Shown here: piece after piece, positions 1 to 9,273 of the stretch
Numbering within the stretch: position 1 is the stretch's first letter
Layout of the letters: every line of letters starts with the position of its first letter
NCBI GenBank assembly: GCA_002269645.1
Contig: NIVC01001944.1
Span: 62,001 to 126,000 of the forward strand
From: Macrostomum lignano
Taxonomy: Eukaryota
DNA length: 64,000 nt
Reading direction: 5' to 3'
Notes under the pieces: model-generated
What the model was told of the DNA's origin: nothing
Database searches by the model: none
The model's input: the letters and a program-made list of their open reading frames with translations, nothing else
Translations under genes and position numbers: made by a program

Positions 1-2388
1 GAAATCTTTCAATGGAACCGAGAACACAGCTACCAAAAAAAGATTGTCAATGACGAAGCTAACCGAAAGTTCGAAACAGCTCAGAGTTGCTACTACTGTG
101 ACGAATCTTTTTCGTGTCCGTCCGAAAAACTGTGGGATCACGATCATCTGACTGGGCTTTTCCGCGGTGCTGCGTGTGCTGCATGCAACCTCAAGGCTCA
201 GTTGAAGCGACGCTTTTTGCCAGTGTACTTCCACAACCTCAAATCCTACGACCTACATCTGATCTTTTCGACGGCTTTGTTCAAGATGACACACTGGAAG
301 TTGAGCGTGACTCCCCAGACCAGTGAACGGTACATTTGCTTGAAGGCGGAATTTCCAGTTGGTGAGTACACCTTACCGTCCGGCAAGAAGCGTCCGCTCA
401 ATTTTACCGTCCAATTTTTAGACTCACTCAATTTTCTGGGTTGTAGTCTTGAAACTGTGATGCGCACTCTAACGGCTGAAAGTTGCCCTCTTACGTTGGA
501 GATGAAGGTGCACCATCCGCAACTTTCGAATGCTATTCTGCTAAGTAAGGGGATTTTTCCCTACGACGCTGTGAAGAAACCTGCCGATTTGCTTGTTACG
601 AGTCTGCCGTCACAAGAGAACTTTTTCAACGTGCTCACGCAATCGCCTTGTCCTGATTCAGACTATCAGCATGCACTGCGAGCGTGGCATGAATTGCAAG
701 TCAGTAACCTTGGACAGTACATGATGGCCTACCTAGAATTAGACATCCGCCAATTGGCAGATGCATTCGAATCATTCAGGAGATTGAGTCTCGCTGACGA
801 CGGCTTGGATCCGGTGCACTTCATCACGGCACCAGGATTGTCATTCGAATCGGCACTTAAGTGTGCGAAACATCGCTTGGAGCTTCTAGTCGATGGTGAC
901 ATGTACCGCATGGTGGAGGCTGGCATCCGAGGAGGAATTACTTTCACCAATGTACACCAGGTCTCCGTGAGTGGTGGAGATGAAGAGGAAGAGGAACGCA
1001 GATACTTACTTCCGCTAGATGTTAACAACCTATATGGTCAGGCTCTCTCTATGCCGCTAGTGAGTGAATTTCGATGGGTCGATCAAGACGAGCTGCGAAG
1101 TTGGGATGAAAGCACTGTTCTCAACATGCAAGATGATGGCGGCCATGCCTATCTCATTGAAGTCGATCTGCAATATCCAGAATGCATTCACCAGAAGACC
1201 GAGGAGCTGCCACTGGCCCCAGAGAAGGGAACTATTGAGTTTGAAGACTTTCCAGCCTATATGCAGCAGCTATGGCATCAGCTAAATCCAGGTAAAAAGT
1301 ACCACGGAACGCGAAAACTACTTCTCACTTGTCAAGACAAAGAAGCCTATGTTGTTCATAGCAGAGTGCTCAAGTTCTACCTTCAACAAGGCGCGTAAGC
1401 AAGTTCCGGCGAGCCATCAGCTTTCGACAAGAGCGAGTGTTCAAGAGCTACATCGATAGCAACAGCGAAAAGCGTTCAAAAGCATCTACAGAATTCGAAA
1501 AGAACTACTACAAGAGCAAGAACAATAGTCTTTTTGGAAAGACTATGGAGAACGTTCGGAAGAGGAGAGATGTGAGAATCTGTAACAGTGATCATCAAGC
1601 TCAAGTTCTGGCTTCAAAGCCTAACGTCAAGACATTCAGCATCATCAAAGAAAACTTGAGCATCTTTGAGCTAAGCAAGACATCCGTTCGCCTCGACCGG
1701 CCAGTGTACATCGGCCAGTGTGTTCTGGACGATTCAAAGCTTGTTATGTACACTTTTCTACACTAAGTTGAAGTCCTGGTTCACGTCAACTCGCTGTGCT
1801 GCCAAGATTCAACTATGTGGTGGCGACACAGATTCTCTTTTTCTGTGCGTCAAGAACATCGACGTTCCCAACAACATGCTGCCCGAAATGATTGACAGAG
1901 GACTGTTGGATACATCCAACTATCCAAGCCAGCACCCACTACGCTCCGACTCTTTAAAGGCTCGATTGGGTTGCGTCAAAGACGAGTCTGCAGGCTGCAT
2001 CTACAAAGAGTGGATTCTCTTGAAGCCGAAGCTATACTCCTTTAAGAGTGCTCAGCAGTCCTTGCCTGACAAGAAGACAGCCAAAGGCGTACAGAAGGCT
2101 GTTGTGAAGCGCACCATTACTCACGAAGACTTTAAAGCCGCTTTTGAAAGCCTAAAGCAGCTAAATGTGACCGTCCGACGTATCACTAGTGCGAGGCATC
2201 AGCTGTTCACGGTGGAGCAGGAGAAGAAGGCTCTGACTGTTTGGGAGGACAAGAGAGCGTGGATTTCAGCCAATGTCAGCCTCCCGTTTGGCCATGTCAG
2301 TCTCAAGACGCATGCGGGCTCTCGCAGACGGAGAAGGCCGACGTCTTCAATCTCGGGCGATGAAAACGCGAAGCAGTCGAAGACTTGA
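1..2388 (+). pseudogene. Protein-primed family B DNA polymerase, 5'-partial, two frameshifts (~1392, ~1755)
   Basis: Frame 1 is open from base 1 with an EndoVII-like Zn motif (CYYC...DHDHLTGLFRGAACAACN) and exonuclease FHNLKSYD. Motif A is LDVNNLYG, motif B KNNSLFGKTMEN, motif C GGDTDS. C-terminal LKPKLYS and KTAKGV. The three ORFs join by small indels. Confidence 0.95.
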
Positions 2389-2756
2389 AAATCTGTTTAC
2401 TTTATCTGTTTCTTATTTGTGTGACGCTGAATTGCATCCGATGCTAATGTTTTTGTGAAATTAGCCTCCATTATGCTCTGGTGAAATACGCTTGTATTTT
2501 GATTTTTCCTTAATCAAATCAAGGTTCTAAACAGCGCTATTTTACGTCCCTGTTGTCATTATTTATATTTTTAAACTTTAAACTTTTTCCTTTTTTCAAT
2601 GATTTACTTAATGTATTTTTGTGTCAGGTGGAAATTGGTTGGTTGTTTGAGCATAAACGAAATAAAAAAAAGCGAGTTAAACAGTTTTTATTCACATTAT
2701 TCGTGAAAATAACATTTCTTGTCGTTGAGTTTTTGTATTTTGAGCTTGTTTGAAAG

Positions 2757-3338
2757 TTAAGTTTTCAAGGAAGAAAAAACAACATTTCTCAAGCGCATGT
2801 AGTCGGTATGTAACTGGTTAATTGATTGTGCACCACTTAAAACAAATGAGCCACTATGAAACAACAGACATTTACAAAAGTTAAGTTTGAAAACCAACGC
2901 AAAAAACGATTCAGGTTCATACTCAGATTTCGGGATTTTCCTAGACAAATCCGACAGAGACAGTGCAGAGCAAAGGGAAAGCTGTCCATTAGCAGTAATA
3001 GTTTTAATTCGAACACAAATAGTTTGATGAGGCAGCAGTTGAGCCGGCACTCTCCGATGCAGCATAGCCACGAAGCGACGGGCAGCCCTTTTGGCGTCTG
3101 CGTGGGTCTTGGCACCGCAGATGCTCAGTTGTCTAGTAGGGTAGAGTAGCAGAGTCACTCTGGGACTCCGCATCCGCTTGATGAGCACCCGGGGCCAGAC
3201 GGGCCGGTAGATCACATGAGCCATGCTGAGAGCCAGTTCCCGTAGAGGCAACTGGGCGCCCCTGCCACCATCCAGTCTCAGATCCACTCCGCCAACCAGA
3301 TTGGTCACTCTTAGGGCTGTAGCTGCAGGTGGACTCAT
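2757..3338 (-). CDS. TBP: TATA-box-binding protein (TBP)-like protein encoded inside the Polinton, 193 aa from ATG at 3338
   Basis: Two TBP repeats. Repeat 1 (VTNLVGGVDL...YRPVWPRVLIKRMRSPRVTLLLYPTRQLSICGAKTHADAKRAARRF) aligns to yeast NIVATV...[46 protein letters not shown]. Repeat 2 (YEPESFFALVFK...LLFHSGSFVLSGAQ) aligns to YEPELFPGLIYR...LIFVSGKIVLTGAK. Confidence 0.92.
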   Translation of the reverse strand: MSPPAATALRVTNLVGGVDLRLDGGRGAQLPLRELALSMAHVIYRPVWPRVLIKRMRSPRVTLLLYPTRQLSICGAKTHADAKRAARRFVAMLHRRVPAQLLPHQTICVRIKTITANGQLSLCSALSLSDLSRKIPKSEYEPESFFALVFKLNFCKCLLFHSGSFVLSGAQSINQLHTDYMRLRNVVFSSLKT

Positions 3339-3855
3339 TTCGACCCTTGACTTCTTCACCAAATCTTCTGCCAAATTCACTGCCCCTGTGCCACGGACAC
3401 TGCTCGCTTCTTAAGTTGATGCAGAACTTTGGCTTAAGCCAACTGTAGTGCAGCAATGAATTTCTCACTGCACAGCCAGTATCTGAATCTTCAATCGAGG
3501 GTGCTCCCAAATCTTCTAGGTTATAAACCTGTCTACCAAGCAGCTCAGTCAGGAAAATAGACTTCCTTTCCCCATTTGTCCAGATCGGACCACTGGCAAT
3601 CCTCAGAATGTCTTCCGCCAGTTCCATGTACGGACGGGTTCCATCATTCCACTTAAACTGGTGCAGACTCTTTGATAGCTGTCTGTAGCAAACTCGCATG
3701 TCAGGTGAGACTCTCTCCCATGGATACGGAGGTGCGTACACATGGTGAGCAATTCGGTAGCTTCCCGCTCTGATTTGAACAACTGCCAACTCCTTCACAA
3801 CAATTTTTTTGCTTGTGCTGTTGCACAGGAATCCTTGGAAGTCAATGTAGTTCAT
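3133..3855 (-). CDS. DnaQ/DEDD-like 3'-5' exonuclease family protein; its 3' end runs into the TBP ORF
   Basis: IDFQGF...VKELA...HHVYAPPYPW...HQFKWNDGTRPY...VYNLEDLGAP...CAVRN pattern, typical of small exonuclease-like ORFs in invertebrate Polintons and large DNA viruses. Confidence 0.6.
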   Translation of the reverse strand: MNYIDFQGFLCNSTSKKIVVKELAVVQIRAGSYRIAHHVYAPPYPWERVSPDMRVCYRQLSKSLHQFKWNDGTRPYMELAEDILRIASGPIWTNGERKSIFLTELLGRQVYNLEDLGAPSIEDSDTGCAVRNSLLHYSWLKPKFCINLRSEQCPWHRGSEFGRRFGEEVKGRNESTCSYSPKSDQSGWRSGSETGWWQGRPVASTGTGSQHGSCDLPARLAPGAHQADAESQSDSATLPY

Positions 3856-3883
3856 GATGCAGCTTTCCGGAGAAATTTCGGAG

Positions 3884-4576
3884 TCAGTCCCCCTTCTTAT
3901 ATACTTTTCTTCCGGGCAGTTTCAGCCAGGCTGTGTTGCTCCCGTACCCCTTGACTAGACTCTCCTGTTCTTTCTCCAGTTCACCCCCTCTGCTGGTTGC
4001 CATTTTCTTCTTAACTGATTTACCAACAGCAGAAAACGGAACATTAAGCTTTTTCTGCTGCAGCAAATCGATGAACTCGTTCCACCCAACTGGTTCACGC
4101 TCACATGGCGAATCCCTCACTGCGTGCTGAATCAAGTCCAGTATATTTGAGGAAGGGATTGACGTGCCTGCGATTTCCACCTCTCCGTTTTCAAAAACTC
4201 GAATCAGCTCTGGATTGGTGGACAGGATCGTCCATAGACTGCGAGCCCTGGTTTTGAATTTCTGTGGCACCGACTTGCTGATCTTCTCTTCCCAGGTGTT
4301 CATCTGTGGTGTCTCTGTTTTCATCAACTTGGCTTCAGTATTGCGTGCTCCTTCTTTTCCAGCGTGCTTGCGCTTGGCCAGCAAACTTTGCATTGCACTT
4401 TGGTACATGGCGGTTTTCACATCTTCTGGACAATCTTCGGCATACAAGATATCATCGCATTTCTTTTGAGCCTGCTTCAAGTCAGCGTCAGTGCTATTCT
4501 CATTTGGCTTCAAATTCTGCATCAACATCTCATACTCTGCTTTAGGAATCAGAACCATTTCTGAAAATTTGTTCAT
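3884..4576 (-). CDS. Conserved Polinton hypothetical protein
   Basis: N-terminal MVLIPKAEYE and a later SNILDLIQHAV...EPVGWNEFIDLL motif, seen in the ORF following the ATPase in animal Polintons. Position in the late-gene cluster agrees. Confidence 0.7.
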   Translation of the reverse strand: MNKFSEMVLIPKAEYEMLMQNLKPNENSTDADLKQAQKKCDDILYAEDCPEDVKTAMYQSAMQSLLAKRKHAGKEGARNTEAKLMKTETPQMNTWEEKISKSVPQKFKTRARSLWTILSTNPELIRVFENGEVEIAGTSIPSSNILDLIQHAVRDSPCEREPVGWNEFIDLLQQKKLNVPFSAVGKSVKKKMATSRGGELEKEQESLVKGYGSNTAWLKLPGRKVYKKGD

Positions 4577-5399
4577 TTTGCTTCTTCTTCTTTACCAGCT
4601 TAAGCAGAATCGGGAGTATTTTAATGAAGCCAGCCTTCAACAAGTCTGTCTTTCTTCTCTGCAGAGTAATTTTTCGAATTATCTCTTTTGACTTTGCAAG
4701 AATAGCTTTTTCATCGAGCGAAAACGATAAATTGTTTTGTAAGAGATTATGACAGGCCTCGACAAGATGGGGTCGCTGGTTGGGCAGAATTCTGGCCCGC
4801 ACTCGCAGCTCATCGGGAGTTGATGGGTGAAAGTCTAGGAACAGGTAGGCTCCCCTGTTCTGCGCGGTCACGTGCTTGAACACTGACAGCAGAAAGCCGG
4901 GCTTCTCTGTAAAGCACTGCCTGCCCAGTGCTGCAATCTGCAGCTGGTCTCTGGGGTTTTTCAAGATAGCTAAATACATTACATTCAAGCTCATTGTTCG
5001 CGACTCTTTTCCCTTGAAAAATATATTCTGAGTCAGCATCACCAAAAAGCACGGCAAGTGATGTGCGATTCCTGTGAAAAAATTTCGCATTGAAGCAGAA
5101 TTTGAAGTTTCCTCTATTAAGTCATCGAAAACAACCAGGTCATTGGGCCTAAGTGCTGCCTCGATGTTGGTGGGAAATCCCTGGCGCAGCTGCACACCTA
5201 GGTTGCTCAATTCTGTATGGCCTGCCTGTGAGATCCCATAGTACCACAGAACTCTGCCAGGCTTCACATCAAACATGACGTCTCTGTACTGGATCAGGTG
5301 TTTGACAAAGGTTGTTTTTCCTGCATTGGTGGGCCCGCAGACAATCATGCAGCTTCCCTGCCTGAGGCGGATATCGTAGCAAACTCGCTTTTCTTCCAT
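4542..5399 (-). CDS. FtsK/A32-like packaging ATPase with a fused amphipathic C-terminal segment
   Basis: Walker A GPTNAGKTT, Walker B LVVFDDL, plus AHHLPCFLVMLTQNIF, KNPRDQLQI and AYLFLDFHP motifs. Confidence 0.93.
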   Translation of the reverse strand: MEEKRVCYDIRLRQGSCMIVCGPTNAGKTTFVKHLIQYRDVMFDVKPGRVLWYYGISQAGHTELSNLGVQLRQGFPTNIEAALRPNDLVVFDDLIEETSNSASMRNFFTGIAHHLPCFLVMLTQNIFFKGKESRTMSLNVMYLAILKNPRDQLQIAALGRQCFTEKPGFLLSVFKHVTAQNRGAYLFLDFHPSTPDELRVRARILPNQRPHLVEACHNLLQNNLSFSLDEKAILAKSKEIIRKITLQRRKTDLLKAGFIKILPILLKLVKKKKQNEQIFRNGSDS

Positions 5400-5428
5400 G
5401 TCTAATGCATAAATATAGTTCTAGAAAA

Positions 5429-5941
5429 TCACGGAAATCTTTTTCTTAAGTTGGCTTCAAATCTCTGTAAGATTCTATCATTCAAATAATTATTTTCATT
5501 AGCATGCAAATGCTTCAGAATCCCCTCAAATGACCGATTGAACAGAAACTTTTGATAAGCAAAATAGATGCAAAACACTCCGCATTTATTAGAGTTAGCA
5601 CATTGAAATCTGTTTATATTGCTTCGGAGCCAAAAGCCAGTTGTTTTAATCTCTCGAAACAAATTATAAACCACAGATAAAATTTCAGGTTCCCAGCCGA
5701 GGGAGTTGAACAACTCAATAGAATTTTCTTGCCCAACATAGCATACCACCCAGTGACCAAATGAGCCATTGTGCTGAAGTAGAACAAAAACAAACTTGTT
5801 TTCAAGGGAAATTGATGATCGAAATTTTCTTTTTACATTCAAGGGCAGAGAATTTTTATAGCGCAAATGTAAAGTAATTATGAAAAATTTTTGGCAAGGC
5901 AAAATTTTTTTGGTTAGATTGAATAGTTGAATTGCGTCCAT
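5429..5941 (-). CDS. Adenain-like cysteine protease
   Basis: GHWVVCY (His), ELFNSLG (usually FDSYG), FQCANSNKCGVFC (Gln, Cys). Confidence 0.88.
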   Translation of the reverse strand: MDAIQLFNLTKKILPCQKFFIITLHLRYKNSLPLNVKRKFRSSISLENKFVFVLLQHNGSFGHWVVCYVGQENSIELFNSLGWEPEILSVVYNLFREIKTTGFWLRSNINRFQCANSNKCGVFCIYFAYQKFLFNRSFEGILKHLHANENNYLNDRILQRFEANLRKRFP

Positions 5942-5946
5942 ACCAG

Positions 5947-7229
5947 TTAAGAGGAATAGTCCAGCAAAAGCTCCCGGTGCTTGGTAACCTCAATCAGTGA
6001 GTCATACAGGCACATAGCAATCAGGGACACCGCTTCATTCAGTGCCTGTTGGAAGCGAATCTCCAGCCGCAGGTTGCCCTCCTTCTGTCCGTACCACAGA
6101 GCCGCTCCCTCGGGTGTGAGATCGAATGCAAACACCGTGCTGTTGTTGGAGAAGAGCTAGTAGGGTATCCACGGCACCGAGTTCGTTTGGCTTGCAGATT
6201 GACAGCTTTTCAGGTAGTGCAAGTATTCTCTTACAAAGGAATTGTTTTCAGGTGTGAAGGCGCCGTGGCACACGGTTTCCCCACCTTTCTTTAGAGCCAA
6301 CCGGCTAAGGTTGAAGCTCTGGAACTGGAACGGGCTCGCGTGATGATGACCGTTGAATGCACGGTGGCTCACGAAGGCCAGCATGATGAACTTCGGCAAT
6401 TTTCCATGAGTGAATCCTTCAATGTTTTTTGACTGAATACCCTGGGGAAGGATGAAGTTCTGCATTTCAGTTCGCTCGATGGGATACAGTGCATTTTGGT
6501 TTGTCAGCCCCTGCTCATGGGCCAGGCTGATGTGGGGCACCACTTTGACTCGGCGAAGATGCAGAATGCTGTGAGAGATTTCCATTCGGTATGCCGCGTT
6601 GTTTGCATTCGGGGTTCTGATGGCAAAGGCCCCATCGCTGGGCACCAGTTTAATGTGCAAGTGCAGATTGCTTAGCAGAAACACTGGGCACTGGAAAACA
6701 TCGCTGAAGAGCGGTCCCGCATACTCCATCCATTGGGATTCCCTCTGACTCTCCGTGTGCTCTTCAGCTGCCGAGTCCGGCTCCAGGAAGCCAGCAGGGT
6801 AAAGTTTTAGTTGCTGGGCATCGGATGAGCTTATTAGTGCTTTGAAGTACGCATGGTAGGGATAGAGCTGGTCTCCACCAGACACCACTCGCTGGTTAAT
6901 GCTCACAATTAAATCTGAGAAGACTGTAGACAGAACAAAATTTTCTGGGTGCATATCACTGTCTCTGCGCTCGGTGATGATGCCATCTCCATCTCGAACA
7001 TCCTCCCTCAGCAAACCCCCATCCAGTCTCACAAGGCGGCAGCGAATATAAAGAAAAGAATTAAGCAGATCTGTATATTCATCGGCAGATTGGTGGCAGT
7101 CAAATTCAATGGGGGAGTTTGCAGTAATGGAATTAACTGGGTGAATATCAACATAAGTAGCTTTTTCAATGCAGGTTTGTGAACGGGCGTTTTAAACAAA
7201 TCAAGTCTGGGATTGAATCCGTAAGCCAT
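5947..7229 (-). pseudogene. Double jelly-roll major capsid protein, frameshift ~7180 and in-frame TAG at 6157-6159
   Basis: LDLFKTP then, in the shifted frame, IEKATYVDIHPVNSITANSPIEF. Further motifs YPYHAYFKALI, GKLPKFIMLAFVSHRAFNG, SPFQFQSF, and VFAFDLTP...GNLRLEIRFQQAL in the same frame after the stop. Confidence 0.92.
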
Positions 7230-7231
7230 GT

Positions 7232-7604
7232 CTATGACAGAGAGTCGAGCACGCGTTTCACAGTTTTCTTGCTGACTTTTCGCTTTCGCTTTCCTCCGCC
7301 TGCTGCATTCTTCTTTGCTTTCGTCTTCCTATTCTTAAAGCTTTTTCCCACTAGCCTTGCTTGACCTCGTATTGCGATTTCCACCAGTTGCCTTTCGGGT
7401 GCCCTTCTTCTTCTTCAATCGTTTCGGACTTGCTACAGTATTTCTTTTGCGCCTGACGTTGCTACGCGTTGAAGATGATGATGTAGCCGCTGGCGGAGGC
7501 TGGTATGTCATGATCCCTGGGAAGCTCCCACAGCCATAGAGTGCAGGCTTTTCGTGTGCTGTCCTCACCCCCGAATATTGCTGGATCAGCTGCTGGTAGT
7601 TCAT
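7232..7604 (-). pseudogene. Small Lys/Arg-rich core-like protein, 1-bp frameshift ~7340
   Basis: ATG overlaps the minor capsid stop (ATGA). Reads MNYQQLIQQYSG...RRKRNTVASPKRLKKKKGTRK, then SFKNRKTKAKKNAAGGGKRKRKVSKK in the shifted frame. Lies directly upstream of the major capsid gene. Confidence 0.6.
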
Positions 7605-8419
7605 TGAATGCGTTTCTCCCGAATCTGAACTGTGAGCAGAACAGGGCTGTGAGTCTGTGCAATCAGTAGGCAACCATAGAAGTCCCGCAGCTGAACTCGA
7701 ATGCTGTGAAGAAGACTGATTCGTTGAATCGGGAAGAATATTGTTTTCTTAAATATTTTTGACAGGTAGTTGCCCCATTCAATGTTGGCGTTCACTCCGA
7801 CTGTTCTCAACAGGGAGCCCCAGTTGCAATTAGTTGACTCAACGATACTGCAGTGTACATTGATTAAGCTGGTGCGCGGGCAGCCAATGCAATGCTCGGA
7901 TACGCGGCTCCCTGGTTGGATTTTCACAGCCTGGTTTCCAAATCCCAGCCAATGCAGAATTTTGCTGGATTGAAGAAACAGCTCTGCTCTCGCAGTGTTG
8001 TTGTGCACCACAGTTCGTGAGTTGCGGATTTCGAACTTCATACCAAATTCCCTGTTGCCACTACGCCCCATCAGGCCGGACTCATCAGCCTCCATCTCAG
8101 ACTCCCTGTCACTCATTGCATCAAAGAACAGCGAATCAGAGTTGGCCAGCAGCTCATTCAGGCGCTCCACCAGCTCCTCCACTCTAGCAAAGCGTCCGGG
8201 TTGAAGAACCAGGGCCTCATGCTCTCTTCCATCTGAGACAGTGAAGCAGTAAGGCTCGTCAACATTGAACCATGCAGCAGGCAGATGGATTTCAGCCAGA
8301 CCTGCCTCATAGTCTACATTTCGATCCAAGTAAATAGGTGAAGACAGGTAAAAATTAAAGTCACTAGGAGTACCTTCAGCATGCTCACTGTTAATCAAAA
8401 TAGTTCGCATTATAATCAT
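7601..8419 (-). CDS. Minor capsid (penton) protein
   Basis: SDFNFYLSSPIYL...YEAGLAEIHLPAAWFNV N-terminus and HSIRVQLRDFYG...LTVQIR C-terminus match Polinton single jelly-roll proteins. Confidence 0.85.
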   Translation of the reverse strand: MIIMRTILINSEHAEGTPSDFNFYLSSPIYLDRNVDYEAGLAEIHLPAAWFNVDEPYCFTVSDGREHEALVLQPGRFARVEELVERLNELLANSDSLFFDAMSDRESEMEADESGLMGRSGNREFGMKFEIRNSRTVVHNNTARAELFLQSSKILHWLGFGNQAVKIQPGSRVSEHCIGCPRTSLINVHCSIVESTNCNWGSLLRTVGVNANIEWGNYLSKIFKKTIFFPIQRISLLHSIRVQLRDFYGCLLIAQTHSPVLLTVQIREKRIQ

Positions 8420-8447
8420 AAACTACATGATGAGGGATGTGTCAAAG

Positions 8448-9273
8448 CTAAACCTTTCTTAAGTCTTTTTCATCCACCCAGCCTGTCGAATCGTAGCCGG
8501 CCCACTTGACAAGATAGCGAATTTTAGCTCTTTGCTTTTGTGTCTTCAACACTTTCTCAATCACGTATAGTCGCTGTGAGTCCGGCACCGCCTGCAGCTC
8601 GTGCTCGTGAAAGAAGCCTTGAATCTCTTCTCCCTTCATGTCTCGGATCTTGTACATGTAAGGATAATGTTTCGGAGCTTTTGAAACTACAGTGTACACT
8701 TCCTCACTCCAGTTTGCTTTGTACCCTTTTTTGAATAGCCGGGGCGCGTTAGAAATTCTTACAGTTTGATTTTCACTGAACTTTGGTTTCCTGACTTTAT
8801 CCAAAGTTTCTATTGCCTTGCCATCATACAGGTTCATCCAAACTTCCGACTCATTTTGCTTGCAAACATTTCTTGGCGCCATTCTGATGCTTCTGTGAAA
8901 AGTAGCATTGTACGACTTCACTAACTTTGGCAGCACATCTACCCAGTGCAGAGTGCTGTTGTGAGTGAAGTATCGCCACATTTTATTCTTTAAAGTTCGG
9001 TTCCATCTTTCTACAATCGCTGCTTTCTGCTCGCTGTTTGTTTTAAACGCTAAAATGCCATTCTCTATGCAGCTCTGTCGAAAGCTTGAGTTGACAAATT
9101 CTTTCCCCTGATCTGAGCGAACTGTTCGCGGCCTGCGCTTCGTGCTCTTCAAAATTGCCTCGAAAGCAGACCGCACTTCTCCTGCTGATTTATTCTTTAG
9201 TGGCTTGGCCCAAGCAAACTTTGACAGCACATCGATGCATGTGAGGATATACTTGTATCCGTGATTGTACTTT
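8448..9273 (-). pseudogene. Retroviral-type integrase, 3' part with chromodomain
   Basis: YKYILTCIDVLSKFAWA, RSDQGKEF, IVERWNRTLK, and a C-terminal YVIEKVL...YLVKWAGY chromo-like motif. Interrupted at 9273. Confidence 0.95.
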
